64,000 bases of DNA from Actinomycetota bacterium (GTDB lineage Bacteria > Actinomycetota > JAHEXW01): positions 538,851 to 602,850 of the forward strand of contig JBAZZW010000002.1 in assembly GCA_041658625.1 (NCBI GenBank). Direction: 5' to 3'. Under the pieces are notes generated by a model. The model worked only from the letters and a program-made list of their open reading frames with translations. It did not search any database and had not been told where the DNA came from. The number at the start of each line of letters is the position of its first letter. The stretch's first letter is position 1. Positions 1 to 8,945 of this stretch are shown here, one piece after another. The position numbers and the translations under genes are program-made.

Positions 1-510
1 GCCGGCGCGCGTTTTTACGTCTCCTATGGCGACAACGGCGCTCGCTATCTCGATGCCGAATTCGCTCAAAAGTCTTTTAGCCACGGCTCCGACGGCTACC
101 CTGGCCGCTGTTTCACGCGCCGACGCCCTTTCCAGAACGTTTCTGATATCCCCGAAACCGTATTTGATCGCGCCCGCCAAATCGGCGTGACCCGGCCGTG
201 GTTGGGTAAGTATGTCTTCGCTGAGTGGTTTAACCTCGACGTTCATCAGGTCCTGCCAGTTTACCCAGTCCTTGTTTCTAATGATGAGAGAAATCGGGCT
301 GCCTAAAGTCGTTCCGCCGCGGATACCGCTTAAGATATCCACTTCATCGCGCTCGATCTTCATCCGACCGCCGCGACCGTAGCCAAGCTGCCGGCGAGCC
401 AGATCCTTGTTAATGTCGTCCGACGTGACCGGCAGGTTCGCGGGAACGCCGTCAATAACTGTTACCAGCGCCAAACCGTGAGATTCGCCGCCCGTCAAAA
501 ACCTCAACAT
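1..510 (-). CDS. aroC: chorismate synthase, N-terminal part (gene runs off the window start)
   Basis: Reverse-complement of 1..510 translates [26 protein letters not shown]..., the classic chorismate synthase N-terminus; ATG at 510..508 with GGAG upstream. Not in the ORF track because it is edge-truncated. Confidence 0.85.
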   Translation of the reverse strand, partial: MLRFLTGGESHGLALVTVIDGVPANLPVTSDDINKDLARRQLGYGRGGRMKIERDEVDILSGIRGGTTLGSPISLIIRNKDWVNWQDLMNVEVKPLSEDILTQPRPGHADLAGAIKYGFGDIRNVLERASARETAARVAVGAVAKRLLSEFGIEIASAVVAIGDVKTRAG

Positions 511-543
511 CTTAAACTCCAGGGGGATAATTTACTTGTTTTG

Positions 544-1065
544 TCAGCCTACATTAATTGTTTCGCCAAGGTAAATCGTATATTGGTTGTCGCCGTACTG
601 AATGACGACGCTACCAGTGCCTATCGACAGCAGCTTAAAGTATTCCGCGAAGGTGTCGCCGACTCTCAAGCCCTCGTATAAAGTCCCGTTGACTTCGATC
701 GCCGCGGACGCCCCAAGCGGAATCGTTACCAGTTTTACCGTCGCGGACCCGGTTGGGGCAGCCCCGGTTGTGCTGGTTGTCCCGTCTTTATTTCTCCCTA
801 CATTGCTGGGACTACTGGACGATCCGCCAACCAACGGAGAAAAGGGGTCCTTGTTCTCATAAATCTCGTAGCCCTCGATCTTCCCGGCGGGCGTGGGCGT
901 TGTCTGTTGGGTTTCAGCTTTGGTTTTCGACGACGGTGTGGTTTCTTTTTGAAACTCGCTTCCGGTCGGCGTGGCGGCCAGGCACCCGCCCAGCGTAAAC
1001 GATATTCCCAGCAGGGCGCAAATCAACCATATCGAGACAGTTCGCTTTCCGTTAACCCTGATCAT
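544..1065 (-). CDS. PilP-like lipoprotein (type IV pilus assembly)
   Basis: 173 aa; signal peptide with lipobox LGGC, Thr/Pro/Ser-rich linker, C-terminal beta-domain; lies directly after pilM/N/O-like genes. Confidence 0.5.
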   Translation of the reverse strand: MIRVNGKRTVSIWLICALLGISFTLGGCLAATPTGSEFQKETTPSSKTKAETQQTTPTPAGKIEGYEIYENKDPFSPLVGGSSSSPSNVGRNKDGTTSTTGAAPTGSATVKLVTIPLGASAAIEVNGTLYEGLRVGDTFAEYFKLLSIGTGSVVIQYGDNQYTIYLGETINVG

Positions 1066-1715
1066 TGGGCGGCTCCTGTCGATGAACCGCCTGCGCTAGT
1101 CGCGGCGCCTTGAGCCGATCCTGTCTCCCCTGTAGTTCCGCTGGGGGCGGCGGTTTTCGCGCCGGTAACGCCGGGGGAAATTATATATGCGTTGGCTTTT
1201 ACCGTTACCTCGATGTTCGGCAACTTAGCCTTGCCTTCCTTGACGTCGATACCGGTTACGTTGATAATCCGCTGTAGCTTCTCCAGTCTGTAGATGAAGT
1301 CAAGGAGCGAGAAGAAGTATCCGTCTATCTGCATTTCCATCGTCACTTCTTTAAAGTCCGTCTTCTGGACCGGATTCGAAGGTTTAATCGATAACAGCGC
1401 GATACCGGATTTTACTGAGACATCTTCAATCTGGACGAGCAAGGCCGGTAGTTCCGCGCCGCTTTCCGGTGCCTTCTTGTCCAAGCGCAAGAGTTCGTTG
1501 TCGGTTTTGCGGCTGGCTTTCTTGAGCTCTTCCAGTTGGCTGTATGTAGCCTTTGAGCTGTTTAGCTCGGTCATCGCCGACTGTTCCTCGACTCCCAGCG
1601 TTCCCAGCCGTAGTATCTGCGGAACAACAAAGAAACCGATAAACAAGAGCAGTATCGCCGCTAAGATTACACCGATCAATGCTATTTGTTGTTTTGGAGT
1701 CAGCTTAAAACTCAT
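1062..1715 (-). CDS. pilO: type IV pilus assembly protein PilO-like
   Basis: 217 aa; N-terminal TM helix, coiled-coil, periplasmic domain; 4-nt overlap with pilN-like gene. Confidence 0.65.
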   Translation of the reverse strand: MSFKLTPKQQIALIGVILAAILLLFIGFFVVPQILRLGTLGVEEQSAMTELNSSKATYSQLEELKKASRKTDNELLRLDKKAPESGAELPALLVQIEDVSVKSGIALLSIKPSNPVQKTDFKEVTMEMQIDGYFFSLLDFIYRLEKLQRIINVTGIDVKEGKAKLPNIEVTVKANAYIISPGVTGAKTAAPSGTTGETGSAQGAATSAGGSSTGAAQ

Positions 1716-2380
1716 GGCGTCGCCTTGTTTGTGGTCGAGGTTTCTTTGAACTTGGTCAAATAAACCGTCGTCTGAAACTCAATGACCTTTACCGGCTGCG
1801 CGGCCACGGCCGTAGGCGCGGACGTGGTTTCAGCAGCCAGCGTCTGTTCCGTCGCATAATCCAGCCATACGCCCCGGAACTGGTTAATTTCGTTCAAATG
1901 AACCAGCCATCTCGCGACCGCCGCGTGGTTAAACGCGTAACCGATGATCGTAATCGGAGGCTTGGGCGCGGTTTTCGCCGCGGCGCCGGAAGCTTCCTTA
2001 GCTGTCAGAATCTCGCCCAGGTCCACCTTGACGCTCTTTAACCAGATGTCGTTTGGCACGACCATGCTGATATCGTTCAGGATGCTCGACCATTGAACCT
2101 GGTTCTCGGTCATCTTTACGATAATCGCCTGGCGTTCGTCCAAGGCCTTCTTTCTATCCTGGTACGGCTTTAACTTCTCTGTATATTGCTGAACTTTAAC
2201 GTTTTCGCTTTTGATTATATCGACGCGCTCGCTGGCCATCATGGCCTGGGCTAACGTGATTAAATATACCGCTAGGGCAACCCCGAAGACCGCGGCGAAG
2301 ACGATTCCCATGAGCGCGATAATCCGCCGCGATTTATGTTTCTCAACTACTTCAGGTGGGATTAGGTCTATGCGGGTCAT
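1712..2380 (-). CDS. pilN: type IV pilus assembly protein PilN-like
   Basis: 222 aa; N-terminus MTRIDLIPPE then single TM helix, typical PilN architecture; overlaps pilM stop. Confidence 0.7.
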   Translation of the reverse strand: MTRIDLIPPEVVEKHKSRRIIALMGIVFAAVFGVALAVYLITLAQAMMASERVDIIKSENVKVQQYTEKLKPYQDRKKALDERQAIIVKMTENQVQWSSILNDISMVVPNDIWLKSVKVDLGEILTAKEASGAAAKTAPKPPITIIGYAFNHAAVARWLVHLNEINQFRGVWLDYATEQTLAAETTSAPTAVAAQPVKVIEFQTTVYLTKFKETSTTNKATP

Positions 2381-3498
2381 TTCTCGGTCTCCCGTAACGC
2401 CAATCCTATCGGCACGGCCAACGCCGGCTCGATTTCCTGGAACTCGGTTTCAGTCAGCTGCATTTTCCCGACTTTCACGTTCTGTAGGGGCATGCCGTAC
2501 CTGACATTGATCTGCAAGGCTTTTTCCAGTTCGTCTCGTAGCCCGCCGATCTTCGCCCCACGCCCGCTAAGGACGATTGATTCCGGCGGCTTGCACCCTG
2601 TCTGGTCCAAACAGTAGTCTATGGACCGGCGGATTTCCCTGACAAACGATGCGATCCGGTTGCGCAGAATCTCCTGGGCCGCTTCTTTCTTCTCCAGCGA
2701 AGGCTTGGGAATCGCGGGGTTTTCGCTTTCCGCTAGCGAAATCTTCAACTCCTCCGCTTCTTCCTCGGTGATATTCATGTTATCGGCCAGGGCTCTCGTA
2801 AAGTCGTTCCCGCCGAACAGAAGAATTCTGACGAAGTATGGCAGACCTTCCTCGACGATAATCATGTTGCTGACGCCTGCGCCGATGTTCAACAAGCAAG
2901 ACGTTTCCAGAGCTTCCTTGGCTTGTTCGTCGGATGGAAAAGCCGGCAGACGCGGAATCAACGAGCGCATAAGCGCGAATGATTTGACATCTATGGAGGC
3001 CGGGTACAGACCGGCGCCCGACAATGCTTCCACAAACGATTGGATCATTTCCCTCTGCGCTGCGACCAAGAGCACTTTGATGTTTTTCTCGTCCTCTTTG
3101 ACTTGATATTCCTTAAGGATCTCGAAATCGATAATGGTTTCTTCCACCGGCATCGGGATGTAGTCGGCTGCCTGGAATTTGATCGCGCCCTTGAGCTCTT
3201 CATCGCTCATTTGCGGCATATCGATAACGCGCACGATTACTTTTTGGTTGGCCACGCCGAGGACGATGTTCTGTTTCGGGAACTTGTTCTTAGCCCAAAG
3301 GTCTTTGAGGATGGCCGAAACCGCTTTGGCGTCGGCTATTTCGCCGTCGACAACCAGGTTTTCGGGAATGCGGACGATTCCGACCTTGTCTAATACCGGC
3401 GGTTGCTTGCCTGTTTGAATCTCCACCACGCGAATCGACCTGGTCCCTATGTCAAGACCTATGGCCTGCGTCGGTTTGCCTAATGAGAAAAGCGCCAC
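2377..3498 (-). CDS. pilM: type IV pilus assembly ATPase-like protein PilM (actin-like fold)
   Basis: 373 aa; N-terminal IGLDIGTRSIRVVE sugar-kinase/actin-like motif, PilM-like length. Confidence 0.85.
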   Translation of the reverse strand: MALFSLGKPTQAIGLDIGTRSIRVVEIQTGKQPPVLDKVGIVRIPENLVVDGEIADAKAVSAILKDLWAKNKFPKQNIVLGVANQKVIVRVIDMPQMSDEELKGAIKFQAADYIPMPVEETIIDFEILKEYQVKEDEKNIKVLLVAAQREMIQSFVEALSGAGLYPASIDVKSFALMRSLIPRLPAFPSDEQAKEALETSCLLNIGAGVSNMIIVEEGLPYFVRILLFGGNDFTRALADNMNITEEEAEELKISLAESENPAIPKPSLEKKEAAQEILRNRIASFVREIRRSIDYCLDQTGCKPPESIVLSGRGAKIGGLRDELEKALQINVRYGMPLQNVKVGKMQLTETEFQEIEPALAVPIGLALRETEK

Positions 3499-3499
3499 G

Positions 3500-3682
3500 T
3501 TAACCTCCGCGGGCTGCGTTTGATTCTTTGGAGAGATACTTGTTGACGGCTAGGGATTTAATACGGTAGCCGCGACCGACGCGAACTGCCGGAAGCTGCC
3601 CCACTTTGATTAGCCGGTAGACCGTCATCTTTGAAACACGAAGATGTGTCGCGACCTCAGATACCGTCATCAGCGTCTTCAT
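3500..3682 (-). CDS. excisionase-family helix-turn-helix DNA-binding protein
   Basis: 60 aa; LMTVSEVATHLRVSKMTVYRLIKVGQLPAVRVGRGYRI matches HTH_17/excisionase-type domain; 2 nt upstream of pilM. Confidence 0.6.
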   Translation of the reverse strand: MKTLMTVSEVATHLRVSKMTVYRLIKVGQLPAVRVGRGYRIKSLAVNKYLSKESNAARGG

Positions 3683-3736
3683 TAAGCCACCTCATGTGTA
3701 TTGCCTGCTCAAGCTACACTTAGGAATATTATCACT

Positions 3737-3817
3737 AGTTAACATTAGTTGTCAATCGTTACCAGTTCTTAACAACTGTATTACCTCGTTAACACGAGTT
3801 AACATCAGTAACATCGG
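3737..3817. promoter_or_regulatory. cluster of GTTAACA direct repeats (three copies at 10-bp spacing) upstream of HTH-pilMNOP operon
   Basis: GTTAAC at 3738, 3788 and 3798, GTAACA at 3809, plus GTTACC/TTAACA variants; sits 55-135 bp upstream of the 3682 start codon. Confidence 0.35.
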
Positions 3818-4126
3818 GCAATGCAAGTGAACACTTTAGTGTTTTCTTGGTTTTTTTATGAGCATTGCGGGGACGCCATATTAGATAGTAAGAGCTAAAT
3901 TCTTTCCAGCGGCCGGTTACCGCTGACCGTTGTCTGATTATTCTTCTCTTAGAATATTCGACAGGGCTTCCGTTGGCTGCATGGTGGTTCTTGAATTGGT
4001 CTATAAAGCTTTCATTCGCACCTGGTAACCTTTGCATCCTTCGTCTTCGAGTTTAGGTTCGAGCATCCCTTTCAGTTTTCAGATGCGGAGGGCTCACAGT
4101 CTCTTCAAACTTGGCATATTGCCTGG

Positions 4127-4591
4127 TTAGCTGCCTGTTGGATAAACCTTTATCCGGCCGATGCTTGTGGTTCTGATTACCATAGAGCGCTTGTTGACGA
4201 GCGCAGAGAACAAAAGCGGCACCCGTGCCCGACTCTCCACCTCAACATATACTTCAGTGTTAACAACTTTGACGTCTAACAGCTCCGCACCGCACAAACC
4301 ATCCAGGTTCTTCTCTACCCATTCCATGGCATCTTCATCGGAGGCATAGTTGTTTCGCGACCCGGATTCCGCCGCCTCACGTAGATCGATTTCCTCAGCA
4401 ACCTCACGCGCCGCGACGTCACTTGCCTTATATAGTTCCGCCTTAGCCGCCATCACCCGCCCGGCATCAATGCTCCACCCCATAAACAACAAAACCACCG
4501 GCATTATCGCCACAATCAAAACCGTAATTGACCCTTCTTGTGGCTTATGTTCTAAGTTCGTTCTCTTTTTACATGCATCAATTATTTTCAT
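4127..4591 (-). CDS. TadE/TadG-like pilus assembly (pseudopilin-like) protein
   Basis: 154 aa; N-terminal GSITVLIVAIMPVVLLFMGWSIDAGR...AAREVA resembles the TadE-like N-terminal domain. Confidence 0.45.
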   Translation of the reverse strand: MKIIDACKKRTNLEHKPQEGSITVLIVAIMPVVLLFMGWSIDAGRVMAAKAELYKASDVAAREVAEEIDLREAAESGSRNNYASDEDAMEWVEKNLDGLCGAELLDVKVVNTEVYVEVESRARVPLLFSALVNKRSMVIRTTSIGRIKVYPTGS

Positions 4592-4610
4592 TTTACGTCC
4601 ATGATTTTAC

Positions 4611-4634
4611 GGACACATTCCCGGGAATGTGTCC
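4611..4634. promoter_or_regulatory. 24-bp perfect palindrome GGACACATTCCCGGGAATGTGTCC (copy 1), between arsR-like gene and TadE-like gene
   Basis: Read directly; identical to copy 2 at 5041..5064; candidate operator or RNA hairpin. Confidence 0.5.
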
Positions 4635-4639
4635 GTCGA

Positions 4640-5038
4640 CTAATGGAGATATTTCCTAAAGAGACTGCTAAGGTTGCCTAGCATCACGTCCGTGACCACC
4701 CGACTGTCTTTGTCTTCTATTTCTCTGTTAAAGGAGTGTATTACAAGAAATAGCAGCATTTCATTCCTTAACGACAATCTGACCTTGCGAACTCTATAAT
4801 AGATAAACGATCCCCTGTTTCTATAGGTAACAAATCCGGCTTTGTTCAGGTCGCTTAGATTCCGCGAAACTGTTTTAACAGGCCACCCGCCCCGAATGCT
4901 GATTTCACCAACAGTTAGCGGTCCTGTATTGTTGAGCATTTCAAGTATCTCCAAACGTTTTCTGAAGCCAAGGACTTTGAAAATATTCGCCAAATCATCA
5001 AGTTCGTTCTTCTTTGTCATTTTCTCCTTTGCAAACAT
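4640..5038 (-). CDS. ArsR/SmtB-family transcriptional regulator
   Basis: 132 aa; winged-HTH LEILEMLNNTGPLTVGEISIRGGWPVKTVSRNLSDLNKAGFV; alternative start at ATG 5020 with AGGAG RBS. Confidence 0.8.
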   Translation of the reverse strand: MFAKEKMTKKNELDDLANIFKVLGFRKRLEILEMLNNTGPLTVGEISIRGGWPVKTVSRNLSDLNKAGFVTYRNRGSFIYYRVRKVRLSLRNEMLLFLVIHSFNREIEDKDSRVVTDVMLGNLSSLFRKYLH

Positions 5039-5040
5039 CA

Positions 5041-5064
5041 GGACACATTCCCGGGAATGTGTCC
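5041..5064. promoter_or_regulatory. 24-bp perfect palindrome GGACACATTCCCGGGAATGTGTCC (copy 2), immediately upstream of arsR-like gene
   Basis: Read directly; exact duplicate of 4611..4634. Confidence 0.5.
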
Positions 5065-5070
5065 TTACTT

Positions 5071-5835
5071 TTAAAAACTTACACTTCCGGTGTCTTGGAG
5101 AGAACGTGCAAAAGGCAGTTCGGGGGCCTTCTGCCCGGTTTCATTTATGTTTACGCCACGGAATGAGTTAATCGGGATTTCAAAATAAACAGTTGCCGTT
5201 GAGCCGTCTATCGCGGTGATTTGGACATAGTGCGTGCCTTGACCGCCGAAATCATATTCGCCCCTGGCTGTTATGTTGTTTGATAGTTGCGGATCCGTGA
5301 ATTGTCCAGTCGCCAGCGTAACCGTGTAATGCGATCCGTTTCGATCCTGCCGCCCGACAACAGCGTACACTCGATAAGACTGGATTGGTTTGTTTGCGGA
5401 GAACGCGATATTTAGGTCTAGGTGGGCCGGTTCGTCATTTTGACTCTGCCGGCGCCCGTCTTCTGTTAAATAATGCCAGCGGGTAAAAACATACGGTGGC
5501 GACTTTGCCACAGAAACCGTCACCTGCAACGGTTCTGCCCAATACCCGCTGGCCGCCCACTCTTGATAGGTCTGCCAATATCCGCTTGCAACCCAGGTTG
5601 AATATGGCGCCCAAGCCCAGTAGCTTGTGTCCACCCACGTCCAGTAGCTCTTATCGTGCCATTGCCACCAAGCCCCGACCCAGCCGGCACCAGGGCAATA
5701 CACGTCGCTTCGATGCTTATGATACCCCCATGCATAAGCGAAATACATCGGCCCCCAATTCATGCCAATTAGGGAGTCATCCTGAGGAGCAGAAGAGATG
5801 ACTGGCGACGAGGGAACTCTCACGATTCTACTCAT
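5071..5835 (-). CDS. hypothetical protein with Trp/Tyr-rich repeats (SYW/GYW every ~8 residues) and a C-terminal beta-rich domain
   Basis: 254-aa longest ORF in the region; unusual composition; no family recognised. Confidence 0.4.
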   Translation of the reverse strand: MSRIVRVPSSPVISSAPQDDSLIGMNWGPMYFAYAWGYHKHRSDVYCPGAGWVGAWWQWHDKSYWTWVDTSYWAWAPYSTWVASGYWQTYQEWAASGYWAEPLQVTVSVAKSPPYVFTRWHYLTEDGRRQSQNDEPAHLDLNIAFSANKPIQSYRVYAVVGRQDRNGSHYTVTLATGQFTDPQLSNNITARGEYDFGGQGTHYVQITAIDGSTATVYFEIPINSFRGVNINETGQKAPELPFARSLQDTGSVSF

Positions 5836-6200
5836 TCAGCCACAATCGTGCCTTGAGAATCGCTGGACAGTGAGGCAATCGCTTATAGAATCATCCGAAT
5901 GCTTGCCGACAAGTTTAATCCGATGTTGGCTCCCCGGGTTGTATGTTTTTCGCACATTCCGAGCTTGCATAAGACAAACCGAGGTCGTCTTCGACGCATC
6001 TACGAAAAAGCATATCCTTAAAAATGCCAATTGCTGCTTCGTCAAAATACACGTTTTCACACCTTCTGCCCGATGCTGGGCAAGGAGGCAATAAAGAACT
6101 TGGACGCATTGATAAAAGAGAATAGCGAGAAATGCCTGGACGTTGCCTCATAGTAATTGGCTGCAAAATCGACAAACAGAACTTACATAATAATGCGAGG

Positions 6201-8945
6201 CTACTTGGGCGGTTTAGCTGCTTTCAGTCGTTGTACGGCCCACTCGTTTGAAAGATCAAGCGATTGGTTTAGCTCGAACGAGGTGTCAGCTCGTTTCTTC
6301 TCAGCATTTCGAACTTCTTTGACGGAATCGTAGAACTGTTTGCCAATCAGACGTTGTTTCTCAATTGGAATTACCGGTACTGGTATTGCTCCAAGATCAT
6401 CCCATTCAACGCGGTGTCTACTAATACCTGTGGATTGAGATAAAAGGCGGGCTCGGACTTCGGGGCTTCGAAGAAATCCCCATAAAAACCAAACATCGAA
6501 TCTTGCGTCCTTAAGTCGCATAATAGTAAACTCCGACGAGGCAATTACACCCGAGAGGTCAGCAGGAATCACGGCAATGGAACCGAGGGCAGCAGCAATG
6601 TTGCTTGCTACAATATCATTTTCTTTTGGGTTTTGAACTTTACTATATGTAAGTTCTTCTCCGAGCGCCTTATCGCCTTCCTCGGGGATTCCGTCATATC
6701 GAACACGCAGTAATGTGTTTAGTTTGCTAGGCTCGTTTTTCGGATTGAAGCCCTCATTTTCAATCTTGTCGACTATTGTGTGTAGGGGAACAACATTAAG
6801 GCCATCGGCACGCCATTTGTCAGAAATGTCATTTGGGCGGGGGAGACACGACTTAACATCAAGACGATCTCCAATAAGGCCGCTCCTGACCCGCCAAGGG
6901 CCCTTTATCCCCTGCATAAAAAGATTAAAAGCCTCAAAAAGGTCCCTAGTTTCGTCTTCAGCTGCGGTACGAGCTTCAGCTGCTTTACTAGGCCGTGTCT
7001 TCATGGGCACATCATCAAGGCCTACGTAGCGACATTCATACATAAAGGCATCCGGCTGACTTTGCTTTTTCGCGTCCCGCCGAATGAGGTATAGGACCGA
7101 TGTCTTTGCACGAGCTCCAACACGTTGAAATGCGTCCCCAGGGATACTGATTACGGCACGAACTATAAAGCGATCCCTTATAAAATCTCGTGCGAAACGA
7201 TTATTTGAGGAACTCAAGATTGAGTCGTCAATTACAGTTACGAGTTTACCGCCTGGCTTAAGAATGTCTGCATATCGTTCTAAGAACATAATGCTCGACT
7301 TTAATGATGGGCGTTGTCTATTTGTTTTCCCAAAGCCAAAGGTCCTTAGAGCGTACTGGTTGAGAATTAAAGCCTCGTCTGGCAGCGTCTCTGAGTAATC
7401 CATCGAGAATGGTGGATTTGTTAGAACGATATCGAAACCTCGTCTGCTTCCATTTGATATTTCGAAAATAAGTTTCTGAAGCTCTTCGAGCTCAAAACGC
7501 GATTGCTGATCATCTCCGACACCATGAGACACTGTCTTATCAAGGCTGTCCGCCGCATATATCCGGCTACCGCCGTCTCCATGGAGATACATGTTGATTC
7601 GTGAAATCTTTGCTAATGGTGGTTCTTTACCTGCATCAATGCCAAATATGGAATCGTTGGCGACCCTTTCTAACAAGGCGTTTTGTTCGCTGTCGCTCAG
7701 AGAAGTGTTAGATCGAATTTGATTCCGCATGTCGGTGAGGGCTTCAATAAGGAAGCCTCCTGAACCACAACAGGCATCAATTACATGGTCAATATGGTCT
7801 TTTGATGCAATTGGGGCAGCGAGTTGTTCCATCATTTTTACAATAGACCTGGGTGTAAAGTATTGCCCCAAGGCTTGTCCCCGCATGGTGGCACTTAAGA
7901 ACGTCTCAAACAAACGACCGTTAAGGTCCTCATCAATGCTGTACAAATCAAGTGATTCTAGTTTCGAGACAACTTGTCTGATTGTTCCTATCTGGAGTTC
8001 AATATGGTCATTTGGCCCAAATATCGGTTTCTTCTTTCCTCGGGCAACGTCCTCTCTAAGAACTTCATTAAGCCTGGCAAAAAGGGTCTCATCAACTGGA
8101 TTCTTTACCCCCTGTGACTGCAGAGCATCAATCCAATGCGTTGAGAAGATAACATTGTCCCGTGGTATTGGTTTCTCGTCTCGTAGTAAAGGCCCCATTA
8201 TGGGGTCATCGTGTAGTTTTCGATCCTCCCAAAGCTTTACGAACATTATTTTTACGAACTCAAAGAAAGCAGGTTGAGGATTCATCTTCTCAGCTTTCCA
8301 TATAAGTCTATGACAGCTGTTAAAAACCCTTTTGATCTCCTCAACAGAAGGCTTTTTCATTAGAAAGCGTGGCTTTTGTATCGAAGGCTTCAGGCCTTGC
8401 CTAATAGTAGTAGCCTGAAGTAACGAGCGTACCGAAAAGAAGCTTATGTTGTCATCAGCAAAGTCGGAAAATTCCAGGCTGATTATAGGCTTGCTCTCAT
8501 CCCATTTATAAAGGTCAAATGCGAGACCATTAGTTATTACGTAGTATGAACAGGGGTTTTGATTGCTAAACTCTTGATTAAGCCCTAACGCATATCCAGC
8601 ACCTTGAAAAGCCCACTTGTCGATATCTTCCCCTGGTGATTTTGCATCGATTAGCCACATAGGCTTCTCGTTACAGTAGATGACGTAATCTGGCCTATAG
8701 CCTTCTTTTTTTCTGCCTCTGGCTACAACAATCTCTTTAAGAGATACCTTTGGCCGGATTTCAGAGTCTTTGTAGCCGAGATCCTTTAGCAAACGATTTA
8801 TAAAGAATGTCTCGACTGAAGACTCATCAACTAAAACCGCTTTATCACAGTATTTGTTTGACTTCGCGTCCTTGCCAGCGCGACTCAAAGAGTCTAGGAG
8901 CGTAGGGCGAAGTAGGTCACTTTGCGGGGTTTTTGACTGTTTCAT
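6201..8945 (-). CDS. single-chain restriction-modification enzyme: PD-(D/E)xK nuclease + gamma-class N6-adenine methyltransferase + HsdS-like target-recognition domain (Type IIG-like)
   Basis: 914 aa; N-terminal RPDYVIYCNE...WLIDAKSPGE nuclease core; MTase motif I VIDACCGSGGFL then motif IV NPPF; C-terminal IPVPVIPIEKQRLI typical of HsdS TRD ends. Confidence 0.75.
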   Translation of the reverse strand: MKQSKTPQSDLLRPTLLDSLSRAGKDAKSNKYCDKAVLVDESSVETFFINRLLKDLGYKDSEIRPKVSLKEIVVARGRKKEGYRPDYVIYCNEKPMWLIDAKSPGEDIDKWAFQGAGYALGLNQEFSNQNPCSYYVITNGLAFDLYKWDESKPIISLEFSDFADDNISFFSVRSLLQATTIRQGLKPSIQKPRFLMKKPSVEEIKRVFNSCHRLIWKAEKMNPQPAFFEFVKIMFVKLWEDRKLHDDPIMGPLLRDEKPIPRDNVIFSTHWIDALQSQGVKNPVDETLFARLNEVLREDVARGKKKPIFGPNDHIELQIGTIRQVVSKLESLDLYSIDEDLNGRLFETFLSATMRGQALGQYFTPRSIVKMMEQLAAPIASKDHIDHVIDACCGSGGFLIEALTDMRNQIRSNTSLSDSEQNALLERVANDSIFGIDAGKEPPLAKISRINMYLHGDGGSRIYAADSLDKTVSHGVGDDQQSRFELEELQKLIFEISNGSRRGFDIVLTNPPFSMDYSETLPDEALILNQYALRTFGFGKTNRQRPSLKSSIMFLERYADILKPGGKLVTVIDDSILSSSNNRFARDFIRDRFIVRAVISIPGDAFQRVGARAKTSVLYLIRRDAKKQSQPDAFMYECRYVGLDDVPMKTRPSKAAEARTAAEDETRDLFEAFNLFMQGIKGPWRVRSGLIGDRLDVKSCLPRPNDISDKWRADGLNVVPLHTIVDKIENEGFNPKNEPSKLNTLLRVRYDGIPEEGDKALGEELTYSKVQNPKENDIVASNIAAALGSIAVIPADLSGVIASSEFTIMRLKDARFDVWFLWGFLRSPEVRARLLSQSTGISRHRVEWDDLGAIPVPVIPIEKQRLIGKQFYDSVKEVRNAEKKRADTSFELNQSLDLSNEWAVQRLKAAKPPK

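Noticed and set aside
3789-4037. 82-aa minus-strand ORF in the pil promoter region
   Set aside because: No RBS, no motif, low-complexity; region better explained as regulatory DNA with GTTAACA repeats.
5915-6175. 86-aa ORF between the aromatic-rich gene and the R-M-S gene (also overlapping ORFs 5798..6094 and 5836..6060)
   Set aside because: Three mutually overlapping short ORFs with no motifs; region contains a repeat-family member and is more likely non-coding.
7729-8277. 182-aa plus-strand ORF
   Set aside because: Antisense inside the R-M-S enzyme gene; Ser-rich low-complexity translation.
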